The notes beneath the pieces were generated by a model. The model saw only the letters and a list, made by a program, of their open reading frames with translations, searched no databases and was not told the DNA's origin. 30,723 bases of DNA from a virus. Its lineage: Duplodnaviria > Heunggongvirae > Uroviricota > Caudoviricetes. The stretch lies in the IMG/VR virus record IMGVR_UViG_2648501461_000010, positions 1 through 30,723 of that record. The stretch is one strand, 5' to 3'. This document shows, piece after piece, positions 22,357 through 30,723 of the stretch. How positions within the stretch are numbered: the first letter of the stretch is position 1; each line of letters starts with the position of its first letter. Position numbers and translations under genes: made by a program.

Positions 22357-25300
22357 ATGAGTGTGGCGACATTACGTGAACTGATTATTAAAATCTCGGC
22401 AAATTCCCGGTCATTCCAGTCAGAGATCTCCCGGGCTTCGCGTATGGGGCAGGATTACTACCGTACCATGCAGAACGGAGGCCGGCAGTCCGCTGCTGCA
22501 TCCCGTGAAATGCGGCGTGCACTGGCAGAAGTGACGGATCAGATAAATACAGCTAAATCTTCGGCACTGAATATGGCGGGGGCATTTGCCGGGGCTTTTG
22601 CTACCGGTCATCTTATTTCTTTCGCCGATGAGTGGAATTCAGTAAATGCCCGTCTGAAGCAGGCCTCACAGTCCAGTGATGATTTTCAGGCATCACAGCG
22701 TGAATTAATGGCGATCAGCCAGAGAACGGGGACGGCGTTTTCTGATAACGCCAGCCTTTTTGCCCGTTCTGCAGCTTCCATGCGGGAGTATGGTTACAGT
22801 TCTGAGGAGGTACTGAAAGTCACCGAGGCGATCTCCACGGGCCTGAAATTATCCGGTGCCAGTACAGCAGAAGCCAGTTCGGTGATCACGCAGTTCAGTC
22901 AGGCACTGGCGCAGGGAGTGCTGCGCGGTGAAGAGTTTAACTCGGTGAATGAGAACGGCGATCGTGTTATTCGTGCGCTGGCTGCGGGAATGGGGGTTGC
23001 CCGTAAGGATCTGAAGGCCATGGCGGATAACGGAAAGTTGACCGCCGATAAGGTTGTTCCTGCACTGATTAGTCAGCTTGGGGCATTACGTGATGAATAT
23101 GCGGCAATGCCTGATACGGTTTCATCCTCTGCAACCAAAGTTGAAAACGCCTTTATGGCCTGGGTTGGTGGTGCGAACGAGGCAAGCGGAGTGACGAAGA
23201 CGCTCTCCGGTGTGCTGAATGGTATTGCAGGCAATATTGACACTGTGGCAACCGCTGCCGGTGCTCTGGTTGCCGTCGGGGTAGCCCGATATTTTGGCAA
23301 TATGGCGTCTTCTGCTGGATCTGCAACTGCCGGATTAATTACTGCAGCCAGAAACGAAGTGGCTCTTGCGGAAGCGCAGCTCCGGGGGACACAGATAGCA
23401 ACAGCCAGGGCGCGTGCGGCGGTTTATCGTGCGCAACAGGCGGTTGTTGCTGCTCGCGGTACCGAAAGGCAGGCAGCCGCAGAAGCGAAACTGGCTGCTG
23501 CCCAGGCATCACTTACCCGTAATATTGCGGCCAGAACAGCAGCACAGACAACGCTGAATACTGTCACGTCAGTGGGAAGTCGTCTGTTAAGTGGAGCACT
23601 GGGACTGGTTGGTGGGGTGCCGGGGCTTGTCATGCTGGGGGCCGCGGCCTGGTACACGATGTATCAGAATCAGGAGCAGGCCAGAGAATCTGCACGCCAG
23701 TATGCCGCAACAATCGACGAAATTCGCCAGAAAACGTCGGCAATGTCGCTTCCTGAAGCGTCAGATAATGAGGAAAAGACGCGGCAGGCACTTGATGAGC
23801 AAAACAGGTTAATTGACGAGCAGAAAAGTAAGATTAAATCCTTACAGGAAAAAATTGCTGGCTATCAGTATGTGCTGGCAAACCCGGGCTGGACAACCGA
23901 TAACGGTTTTATGATTAACCACATGACGTCGGTAAAAACAGTCACAGAAGGGCTTGCAGAAGCAACAAATCAACTGGCAGTTGAACAGTCCCGTCTCACA
24001 CAAATGCAGGGCAAAGCGCAATCCATTCAGGATGTGCTTGCCGGGCTGGAGGAGCGGCGGGTTGCGTTGATCCGTCAACAGGCGGCGGAACAAAACAAAG
24101 CGTATCAGTCCCTGTTGATCATGAATGGGCAGCATACCGAGTTTAATCGCCTTCTTGGGCTTGGTAATGAATTACTTCAGCAGCGACAGGGGCTGGTGAA
24201 TGTACCGTTACGGCTACCACAGGCAACCCTGGATGATAAACAGCAGACCGCACTGAATAACAGCAAGCGCGAACTGGCTCTGTCCCGCCTTAAGGGGGAA
24301 GCGCGTGAGCGTGCCCGACTGGGCTATGCTGCGGATGATCTCGGCTTTGTGGGAGAGGCGTATCAGACAGCCAGACAGAATTATATCAATAACTCACTGG
24401 ATGCCTGGCGAAATAACCAGGCAAATAAACCCAAAGCGCATAAAAAGACCGAAGCGGAAAAAACAGAAGATATTTATAAACGGCTGATTAAACAGCAAAA
24501 AGAACAGATAGCACTGGCAGGGCAGAATACTGAACTGGCTAAGATGAAATATCAGGTCAGTCAGGGCGAATTATCAACCCTGTCAGAAGCGCAGAAAAAA
24601 ACGCTTTTGCAGAATGCAGCACTCATCGACCAGAAAAAGATTCGTGAGCAGCTTGCTGCGTATGAAAGCAGCCTGGCGGACAGTAATGCCAGTACCCGGG
24701 CGTCTAACGACGCGCAGTTACTGGGATATGGTGAAGGCTCACGGATGCGTGAACGACTCCAGGAAATGTGGAGTATCCGGCATGAGTTTGAGCAGAAAAA
24801 TAACGAGCTGCTGAGACAGTATCAGGCCGGAGAAATTGAAGAAGCCCTGTGGAAACAGGAGAAAGAACTGAATAAAAAATATCTGGAAGAGCGTCTCAGC
24901 GATCAGCAGGATTATTATGCAAAGGCCGATGCTTTACGTAATAACTGGAATGCAGGACTCCAGGAGGGGCTGACCAACTGGGCAGACAGTGCCACCGATT
25001 ATGCTTCGCAGGCGGCAGATGCTGTCGTTTCCACTATGGACGGGCTGGTATCAAATATTTCCGATGCGCTGGCCGGAAATGTTGTGGACTGGAGAAACTG
25101 GGGGAGTTCAATTCTCCAGGAAGTTTCAAAAATTCTGATGAATGCGGCCATTGTTAACGGACTGAAGTCACTCTCCGGTGCCGGAGGGTGGCTTGGTACG
25201 GTCGGCGGATGGATTTCGGGGGCGGTGGCAAACGCAAAAGGTGGTGTTTACACATCGGCAAATCTGAGTGCTTACAGTAACACTATTGTGGATACACCGA

Positions 25301-25590
25301 CGTATTTTGCTTTTGCGAAAGGTGCCGGGCTGATGGGCGAGGCCGGGCCTGAAGCTATCATGCCACTGACACGGGCAGCGGACGGCTCTCTTGGGGTCAG
25401 AGCCATTGGCAATGTGAATAGTGGCGGGGGGGTTGTTTATTCTCCCGTGTATCACATCAGCATTCAGAATCAAGGGAGCAATGGCGAGATAGATGCGCGC
25501 TCAGCCAGGGGACTGGTGGATCTGATCGACAGCAGGGTTGTGTCAATTATGCAGTCATCGCGTCGGGATGGAGGATTGTACAGTGCCTGA
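22357..25590 (+). CDS. tail tape measure protein
   Basis: 1077-aa protein rich in Ala/Gln coiled-coil sequence with a Gly-rich C-terminal region; positioned after G/T. Confidence 0.9.
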   Translation: MSVATLRELIIKISANSRSFQSEISRASRMGQDYYRTMQNGGRQSAAASREMRRALAEVTDQINTAKSSALNMAGAFAGAFATGHLISFADEWNSVNARLKQASQSSDDFQASQRELMAISQRTGTAFSDNASLFARSAASMREYGYSSEEVLKVTEAISTGLKLSGASTAEASSVITQFSQALAQGVLRGEEFNSVNENGDRVIRALAAGMGVARKDLKAMADNGKLTADKVVPALISQLGALRDEYAAMPDTVSSSATKVENAFMAWVGGANEASGVTKTLSGVLNGIAGNIDTVATAAGALVAVGVARYFGNMASSAGSATAGLITAARNEVALAEAQLRGTQIATARARAAVYRAQQAVVAARGTERQAAAEAKLAAAQASLTRNIAARTAAQTTLNTVTSVGSRLLSGALGLVGGVPGLVMLGAAAWYTMYQNQEQARESARQYAATIDEIRQKTSAMSLPEASDNEEKTRQALDEQNRLIDEQKSKIKSLQEKIAGYQYVLANPGWTTDNGFMINHMTSVKTVTEGLAEATNQLAVEQSRLTQMQGKAQSIQDVLAGLEERRVALIRQQAAEQNKAYQSLLIMNGQHTEFNRLLGLGNELLQQRQGLVNVPLRLPQATLDDKQQTALNNSKRELALSRLKGEARERARLGYAADDLGFVGEAYQTARQNYINNSLDAWRNNQANKPKAHKKTEAEKTEDIYKRLIKQQKEQIALAGQNTELAKMKYQVSQGELSTLSEAQKKTLLQNAALIDQKKIREQLAAYESSLADSNASTRASNDAQLLGYGEGSRMRERLQEMWSIRHEFEQKNNELLRQYQAGEIEEALWKQEKELNKKYLEERLSDQQDYYAKADALRNNWNAGLQEGLTNWADSATDYASQAADAVVSTMDGLVSNISDALAGNVVDWRNWGSSILQEVSKILMNAAIVNGLKSLSGAGGWLGTVGGWISGAVANAKGGVYTSANLSAYSNTIVDTPTYFAFAKGAGLMGEAGPEAIMPLTRAADGSLGVRAIGNVNSGGGVVYSPVYHISIQNQGSNGEIDARSARGLVDLIDSRVVSIMQSSRRDGGLYSA

Positions 25591-25924
25591 GCCTGAAGTT
25601 TTTAACTGGATCCCCCGTGAGGGGATGGAGACGACACGAAAGCCATCAGTTATTACGGTAAAGTTTGGTGACGGATATGAACAGAGACGGGCTGGTGGTC
25701 TGAATGCGGATCTGAAAACGTTTAAACCGGTATTTCGTGTCACAGATGAATATTCCCGTGCCGCGCTGGACAGTTTTTTATCCCGTCATGCCGGGATTCG
25801 TGCTTTTTTGTGGCGTCCGCCAAAACACAACAGGACTGTCCGGGTTGTCTGCAGGGAGTGGAGCATTTCGGATAATGCCATGTATACCGATTTTAACTGT
25901 ACCTTTGAAGAGGTCACTCACTGA
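25583..25924 (+). CDS. M: minor tail protein M
   Basis: Central region (VKFGDGYEQRRAGGLNADLKTF...FLWRPP) resembles lambda M; start chosen at GTG 25583 with RBS GGAGGA, overlapping the tape measure stop. Confidence 0.8.
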   Translation: MPEPEVFNWIPREGMETTRKPSVITVKFGDGYEQRRAGGLNADLKTFKPVFRVTDEYSRAALDSFLSRHAGIRAFLWRPPKHNRTVRVVCREWSISDNAMYTDFNCTFEEVTH

Positions 25925-26622
25925 TGCAGGATATACAGCAGGAAACACTCAATGAGTGCACTAAAACGGAGCAATCCGCGCTGGTCGTGCTCTGGGAAAT
26001 TGATCTGACAGAGGTCGGCGGAGATCGTTATTTCTTCTGTAATGAGCAGAACGAAAAAGGTGAACCAGTCACCTGGCAGGGGCGGCAGTATCAGGCTTAT
26101 CCCATTCAGGGAAGCGGATTTGAGATGAACGGCAAAGGAGCCAGTGCTAGGCCAACGCTTAAAGTCTCTAATCTGTACGGCATGGTCACCGGGATGGCGG
26201 AAGATCTGCAGAGTCTGGTCGGCGGAACGGTGGTCCGGCGTAAGGTTTACGCCCGTTTTCTGGATGCGGTGAACTTCGTCAACGGAAACAGTGACGCCGA
26301 TCCGGAGCAGGAGGTGATCAGCCGCTGGCGCATCGAGCAGTGCAGCGAACTGAGCGCGGTCAGTGCCTCCTTTGTACTGTCCACGCCGACGGAAACGGAC
26401 GGCGCTGTTTTTCCGGGACGTATCATGCTGGCCAACACCTGCACCTGGACCTATCGCGGCGATGAGTGCGGTTATAGCGGTCCGGCGGTCGCGGATGAAT
26501 ATGATCAGCCGACGTCCGATATCACGAAGGATAAATGCAGCAAATGCCTGAGTGGCTGTAAGTTCCGCAATAACGTCGGCAACTTTGGCGGCTTCCTTTC
26601 CATTAACAAACTTTCGCAGTAA
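25924..26622 (+). CDS. L: minor tail protein L
   Basis: 232 aa, same length as lambda L, with Cys-rich C-terminus; start overlaps the M stop (ATGA). Confidence 0.85.
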   Translation: MQDIQQETLNECTKTEQSALVVLWEIDLTEVGGDRYFFCNEQNEKGEPVTWQGRQYQAYPIQGSGFEMNGKGASARPTLKVSNLYGMVTGMAEDLQSLVGGTVVRRKVYARFLDAVNFVNGNSDADPEQEVISRWRIEQCSELSAVSASFVLSTPTETDGAVFPGRIMLANTCTWTYRGDECGYSGPAVADEYDQPTSDITKDKCSKCLSGCKFRNNVGNFGGFLSINKLSQ

Positions 26623-26632
26623 ATCCCGGTTT

Positions 26633-27376
26633 ATGACACAGACTGAATCAGCGATTCTGGCGCATGCCCGGCGGTGTGCGCCTGCGGAGTCGTGCGGCTT
26701 CGTGATAAGCACGCCGGAGGGGGAGCGGTATATCCCTTGTGTGAATATTTCCGCAGAGCCGGAGGCGTATTTTCGTATCGCACCGGAGGACTGGCTGCGG
26801 GCAGAGATGCAGGGTGAGATTGTGGCGCTGGTCCACAGCCACCCCGGTGGTCTGCCCTGGCTGAGTGAGGCTGACCGGCGGCTGCAGGTGCAGAGTAATT
26901 TGCCGTGGTGGCTGGTTTGCCGGGGGGCGATTCACAAGTTCCGCTGTGTGCCACATCTTTCCGGGCGGCGCTTTGAGCACGGGGTGACGGACTGTTACAC
27001 GCTGTTCCGGGATGCTTACCATCTGGCGGGGATTGAGATGCCGGATTTTCATCGCGAGGATGACTGGTGGCGTCACGGTCAGAATCTCTATCTGGATAAT
27101 CTGGAGGCCACAGGGCTGTATCAGGTGCCGTTGTCAGCGGCACAGCCGGGCGATGTGCTGCTGTGCTGTTTTGGTTCATCGGTGCCGAATCATGCCGCCA
27201 TTTACTGTGGTGACAGCGAGCTGCTGCACCATATTCCTGAACAACTGAGCAAACGAGAGAGGTACACCGACAAATGGCAGCGACGCACACACTCCCTCTG
27301 GCGTCACCGGGCATGGCACGCATCTGCCTTTACGGGGATTTACAACGATTTGGCCGCCGCATCGACCTTCGAGTGA
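26633..27376 (+). CDS. K: tail assembly protein K (MPN/JAB and NlpC/P60-like domains)
   Basis: MTQTESAILAHARRCAPAESCGF...VHSHPGG (JAB-type metal motif) closely resembles lambda K; the 3' end overlaps the I gene by about 100 nt as in lambda. Start uncertain (26633 or the in-frame ATG at 26807). Confidence 0.85.
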   Translation: MTQTESAILAHARRCAPAESCGFVISTPEGERYIPCVNISAEPEAYFRIAPEDWLRAEMQGEIVALVHSHPGGLPWLSEADRRLQVQSNLPWWLVCRGAIHKFRCVPHLSGRRFEHGVTDCYTLFRDAYHLAGIEMPDFHREDDWWRHGQNLYLDNLEATGLYQVPLSAAQPGDVLLCCFGSSVPNHAAIYCGDSELLHHIPEQLSKRERYTDKWQRRTHSLWRHRAWHASAFTGIYNDLAAASTFE

Positions 27377-27945
27377 AAACGGGGTCCGAAGCCATCCGGG
27401 CGCTGGCCATGCAGATCCCGGCGTTTCGTCAGAAACTGAGCGACGGCTGGTATCAGGTGCGTATTGCCGGACAGGATGTCAGCACGTCCGGATTAACGGC
27501 GCAGTTACATGAGGCTCTGCCTGACGGCGCTGTGATTCATATTGTTCCCAGAGTCGCCGGGGCCAAGTCAGGTGGTGTATTCCAGATTGTCCTGGGAGCA
27601 GCCGCCATTGCCGGATCATTCTTTACCGCCGGAGCCACCCTTGCAGCATGGGGGGCTGCCATTGGTGCCGGTGGTATGACCGGCATTCTGTTTTCTCTCG
27701 GTGCCAGTATGGTGCTCGGCGGTGTGGCTCAGATGCTGGCACCGAAAGCCAGGACGCCCACGGCAGCCAGTACAGATAACGGCAAACAGAACACGTATTT
27801 CTCGTCACTGGATAACATGGTTGCCCAGGGTAATGTTCTGCCTGTTCTGTACGGGGAAATGCGCGTGGGGTCACGTGTGGTTTCTCAGGAGATCAGCACG
27901 GCAGACGAAGGGGATGGTGGTCAGGTTGTGGTGATTGGTCGCTGA
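27274..27945 (+). CDS. I: tail assembly protein I
   Basis: 223 aa, near-identical to my recollection of lambda I (MAATHTLPLASPGMARICLYGDLQRFGRRIDLRVKTG...). Confidence 0.85.
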   Translation: MAATHTLPLASPGMARICLYGDLQRFGRRIDLRVKTGSEAIRALAMQIPAFRQKLSDGWYQVRIAGQDVSTSGLTAQLHEALPDGAVIHIVPRVAGAKSGGVFQIVLGAAAIAGSFFTAGATLAAWGAAIGAGGMTGILFSLGASMVLGGVAQMLAPKARTPTAASTDNGKQNTYFSSLDNMVAQGNVLPVLYGEMRVGSRVVSQEISTADEGDGGQVVVIGR

Positions 27946-27965
27946 TGCAAAATGTTTTATGTGAA

Positions 27966-27988
27966 ACCGCCTGCGGGCGGTTTTGTCG
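27966..27988 (+). terminator. terminator-like hairpin between I and J
   Basis: Stem ACCGCC / GGCGGT with loop TGCG followed by TTTTGTCGTTT; the T-run is interrupted, so likely weak. Confidence 0.35.
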
Positions 27989-28005
27989 TTTCTGGAGCGT
28001 GAGGA

Positions 28006-30723
28006 ATGGGTAAAGGCAGCAGTAAGGGGCATACCCCGCGCGAAGCGAAGGACAACCTGAAATCATCCCAGATACTGAGCGTGATAGACGCCATCAGTGA
28101 AGGGCCGGTTGAAGGTCCGGTGGACGGATTAAAAAGTGTGCTGCTGAACAGTACGCCAGTGCTGGACAGTGAGGGGAATACCAATATCTCCGGTGTCACG
28201 GTGGTGTTCCGGGCAGGTGAGCAGGAGCAGTCACCGCCGGAGGGATTTGAATCCTCCGGCTCCGAGACGGTGCTGGGTACGGAAGTGAAATATGACACGC
28301 CGATCACCCGGACCATCACGTCGGCAAACATTGACCGTCTGCGCTTTACCTTCGGTGTGCAGGCACTGGTGGAAACCACCTCAAAGGGTGACCGGAATCC
28401 GTCGGAAGTCCGCCTGCTGGTTCAGATACAGCGTAACGGTGGCTGGGTGACGGAAAAAGACATCACCATTAAGGGTAAAACCACTTCACAGTATCTGGCC
28501 TCGGTGGTGGTGGATAACCTGCCGCCGCGCCCGTTTAATATCCGGATGCGCAGGATGACGCCGGACAGCACCACAGACCAGCTGCAGAACAAAACGCTCT
28601 GGTCGTCATACACCGAAATTATCGATGTGAAACAGTGCTACCCGAACACGGCACTGGTCGGCGTGCAGGTGGACTCGGAGCAGTTCGGCAGCCAGCAGGT
28701 GAGCCGTAATTATCATCTGCGCGGGCGCATTCTGCAGGTGCCGTCGAACTATAACCCGCAGACGCGGCAATACAGCGGTATCTGGGACGGAACGTTTAAG
28801 CCAGCATACAGCAACAACATGGCCTGGTGTCTGTGGGATATGCTGACCCATCCGCGCTACGGCATGGGGAAACGTCTTGGTGCGGCGGATGTGGATAAAT
28901 GGGCGCTGTATGTCATCGGCCAGTACTGCGACCAGTCAGTGCCGGACGGCTTTGGCGGCACGGAGCCGCGCATCACCTGTAATGCCTGGCTGACCACACA
29001 GCGTAAGGCGTGGGATGTTCTCAGCGATTTCTGCTCGGCGATGCGCTGTATGCCGGTATGGAACGGGCAGACGCTGACGTTCGTGCAGGACCGACCGTCG
29101 GATAAGGTGTGGACCTATAACCGCAGTAATGTGGTGATGCCGGATGATGGCGCGCCGTTCCGCTACAGCTTCAGCGCCCTGAAGGACCGCCATAATGCCG
29201 TTGAGGTGAACTGGATTGACCCGGATAACGGCTGGGAGACGACGACAGAGCTTGTGGAGGACACGCAGGCCATTGCCCGTTACGGTCGTAACGTCACGAA
29301 GATGGATGCCTTTGGCTGTACCAGTCGGGGGCAGGCACACCGCGCCGGGCTGTGGCTGATTAAAACAGAACTGCTGGAAACGCAGACCGTGGATTTCAGC
29401 GTCGGCGCAGAAGGGCTTCGCCATGTGCCGGGCGATGTCATTGAAATCTGTGATGATGACTATGCCGGTATCAGCACCGGTGGTCGCGTGCTGGCGGTGA
29501 ACAGCCAGACCCGGACGCTGACGCTCGACCGTGAAATCATGCTGTCATCCTCCGGCACCACGCTGATAAGCCTGGTTGACGGAAGTGGGAATCCGGTCAG
29601 CGTGGAGGTCCAGTCCGTCACCGACGGCGTGAAGGTGAAAGTGAGCCGTATTCCTGACGGCGTTGCCGAATACAGCGTGTGGGGGCTGAAGCTGCCGACG
29701 CTGCGCCAGCGCCTGTTCCGCTGTGTGAGTATCCGGGAGAACGATGACGGTGCGTATGCCATCACCGCCGTGCAGCATGTACCGGAAAAAGAGGCCATCG
29801 TGGATAACGGAGCGCACTTTGACGGCGACCAGAGCGGCACGGTGAATGGTGTCACGCCGCCAGCGGTGCAGCACCTGACCGCCGAAGTCACCGCAGACAG
29901 CGGGGAATATCAGGTGCTGGCGCGCTGGGACACGCCGAAGGTGGTGAAGGGCGTGAGCTTCCTGCTCCGTCTGACCGTAACAGCGGATGACGGCAGTGAG
30001 CGGCTGGTCAGCACGGCCCGGACGGCGGAAACCACTTACCGCTTCAGGCAGCTGGCGCTGGGGCGTTACACGCTGACGGTCCGGGCGGTAAATGCCCGGG
30101 GACAGCAGGGCGATCCGGCGTCGGTATCGTTCCGGATTAACGCACCTGCAAAACCCGCCACCATTGAGCTGACGCCGGGGTATTTTCAGATAACGGCGGT
30201 CCCGCGTCTTGCGGTGTATGACCCGACGGTACAGTTTGAATTCTGGTTCTCAGAAAAACGCATCACGAACACAGCACAGGTGGAAAAATCTGCCCGTTAT
30301 CTGGGGACCGGCAGTCAGTGGACTGTCCAGGGGAGCCGGATTAAGCCGGGGACGGATTTCTGGTTTTACGTGCGAAGCGTCAACCTGGTGGGAAAATCTG
30401 CTTTTGTGGAAGCCAGCGGGCAGCCCAGCAATGATGGTGAAGGGTATCTGGAAATTTTCCGGGGGCTGATAGATGAGACGCTTCTGGGTCAGGCACTGAA
30501 AGAGCGCATTGATGCTTCAGCGCTGCGTACGGAGGTCACGCAACTGGAAGAAGACATCCGTCAGCGGATGGACACGGATATCGCAGAAGTGACCCGGAAA
30601 ATCGGGGAGGCGGAAAACAGCCTCACGCAGCTGGTTGCGAAAAAGAATGAGGACCAGACACTGGCCATCGCGCAGGTGAGCCAGAAAGTGGACCGGGTGA
30701 GCAGTGAAATCTCACAGACTGTC
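28006..30723 (+). CDS. J: host specificity / central tail fibre protein J (5' partial, runs off the window end)
   Basis: Open frame of 906 codons from ATG 28006 (RBS GGAGCGTGAGGA) to the window end with no stop; the N-terminus ([38 protein letters not shown]...) matches lambda J. Not in the ORF track because it lacks a stop. Confidence 0.9.
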   Translation, partial: MGKGSSKGHTPREAKDNLKSSQILSVIDAISEGPVEGPVDGLKSVLLNSTPVLDSEGNTNISGVTVVFRAGEQEQSPPEGFESSGSETVLGTEVKYDTPITRTITSANIDRLRFTFGVQALVETTSKGDRNPSEVRLLVQIQRNGGWVTEKDITIKGKTTSQYLASVVVDNLPPRPFNIRMRRMTPDSTTDQLQNKTLWSSYTEIIDVKQCYPNTALVGVQVDSEQFGSQQVSRNYHLRGRILQVPSNYNPQTRQYSGIWDGTFKPAYSNNMAWCLWDMLTHPRYGMGKRLGAADVDKWALYVIGQYCDQSVPDGFGGTEPRITCNAWLTTQRKAWDVLSDFCSAMRCMPVWNGQTLTFVQDRPSDKVWTYNRSNVVMPDDGAPFRYSFSALKDRHNAVEVNWIDPDNGWETTTELVEDTQAIARYGRNVTKMDAFGCTSRGQAHRAGLWLIKTELLETQTVDFSVGAEGLRHVPGDVIEICDDDYAGISTGGRVLAVNSQTRTLTLDREIMLSSSGTTLISLVDGSGNPVSVEVQSVTDGVKVKVSRIPDGVAEYSVWGLKLPTLRQRLFRCVSIRENDDGAYAITAVQHVPEKEAIVDNGAHFDGDQSGTVNGVTPPAVQHLTAEVTADSGEYQVLARWDTPKVVKGVSFLLRLTVTADDGSERLVSTARTAETTYRFRQLALGRYTLTVRAVNARGQQGDPASVSFRINAPAKPATIELTPGYFQITAVPRLAVYDPTVQFEFWFSEKRITNTAQVEKSARYLGTGSQWTVQGSRIKPGTDFWFYVRSVNLVGKSAFVEASGQPSNDGEGYLEIFRGLIDETLLGQALKERIDASALRTEVTQLEEDIRQRMDTDIAEVTRKIGEAENSLTQLVAKKNEDQTLAIAQVSQKVDRVSSEISQTV

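Noticed and set aside
14185-29891. Numerous minus-strand ORFs in the structural region (for example 14185..14616, 15118..15720, 16693..17349, 25918..26712, 26631..27323, 28936..29424, 29460..29891)
   Set aside because: Each lies wholly inside a well-supported plus-strand structural gene, has no RBS, and has arbitrary composition; typical antisense-frame artefacts in GC-rich coding DNA.

Overview
The window is almost entirely one lambdoid prophage of an enterobacterial host, running from its early-left region to the 5' part of the tail-fibre gene J, which is cut by the window end. Gene order on the + strand is: DicA-like repressor with divergent Cro-like/YdaT genes, replication initiator with embedded iterons, nin-like region (QueH, hok toxin, DUF968, RusA), antiterminator Q, an AT-rich membrane-protein cargo gene, four tRNAs, a lysis cassette (pinholin, SAR endolysin, Rz/Rz1), HNH endonuclease, HK97-type terminase/portal/protease/capsid, and a lambda-like tail (V-like, G/T frameshift, tape measure, M, L, K, I, J). 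On the - strand, left of the repressor, sit a ParE/RelE-family toxin-antitoxin pair, a short leftward operon, a DicF-like sRNA and a Rha-family regulator. All calls rest on reading the six-frame translations and the DNA by eye against remembered families; no search was run. The most promising candidates for something undescribed are the five-helix membrane protein in the Q-to-lysis cargo slot, the orphan gene inserted between holin and endolysin, the prophage-borne QueH, and a tRNA with an atypical anticodon loop. No CRISPR array, rRNA, transposase or Shiga toxin genes were seen.
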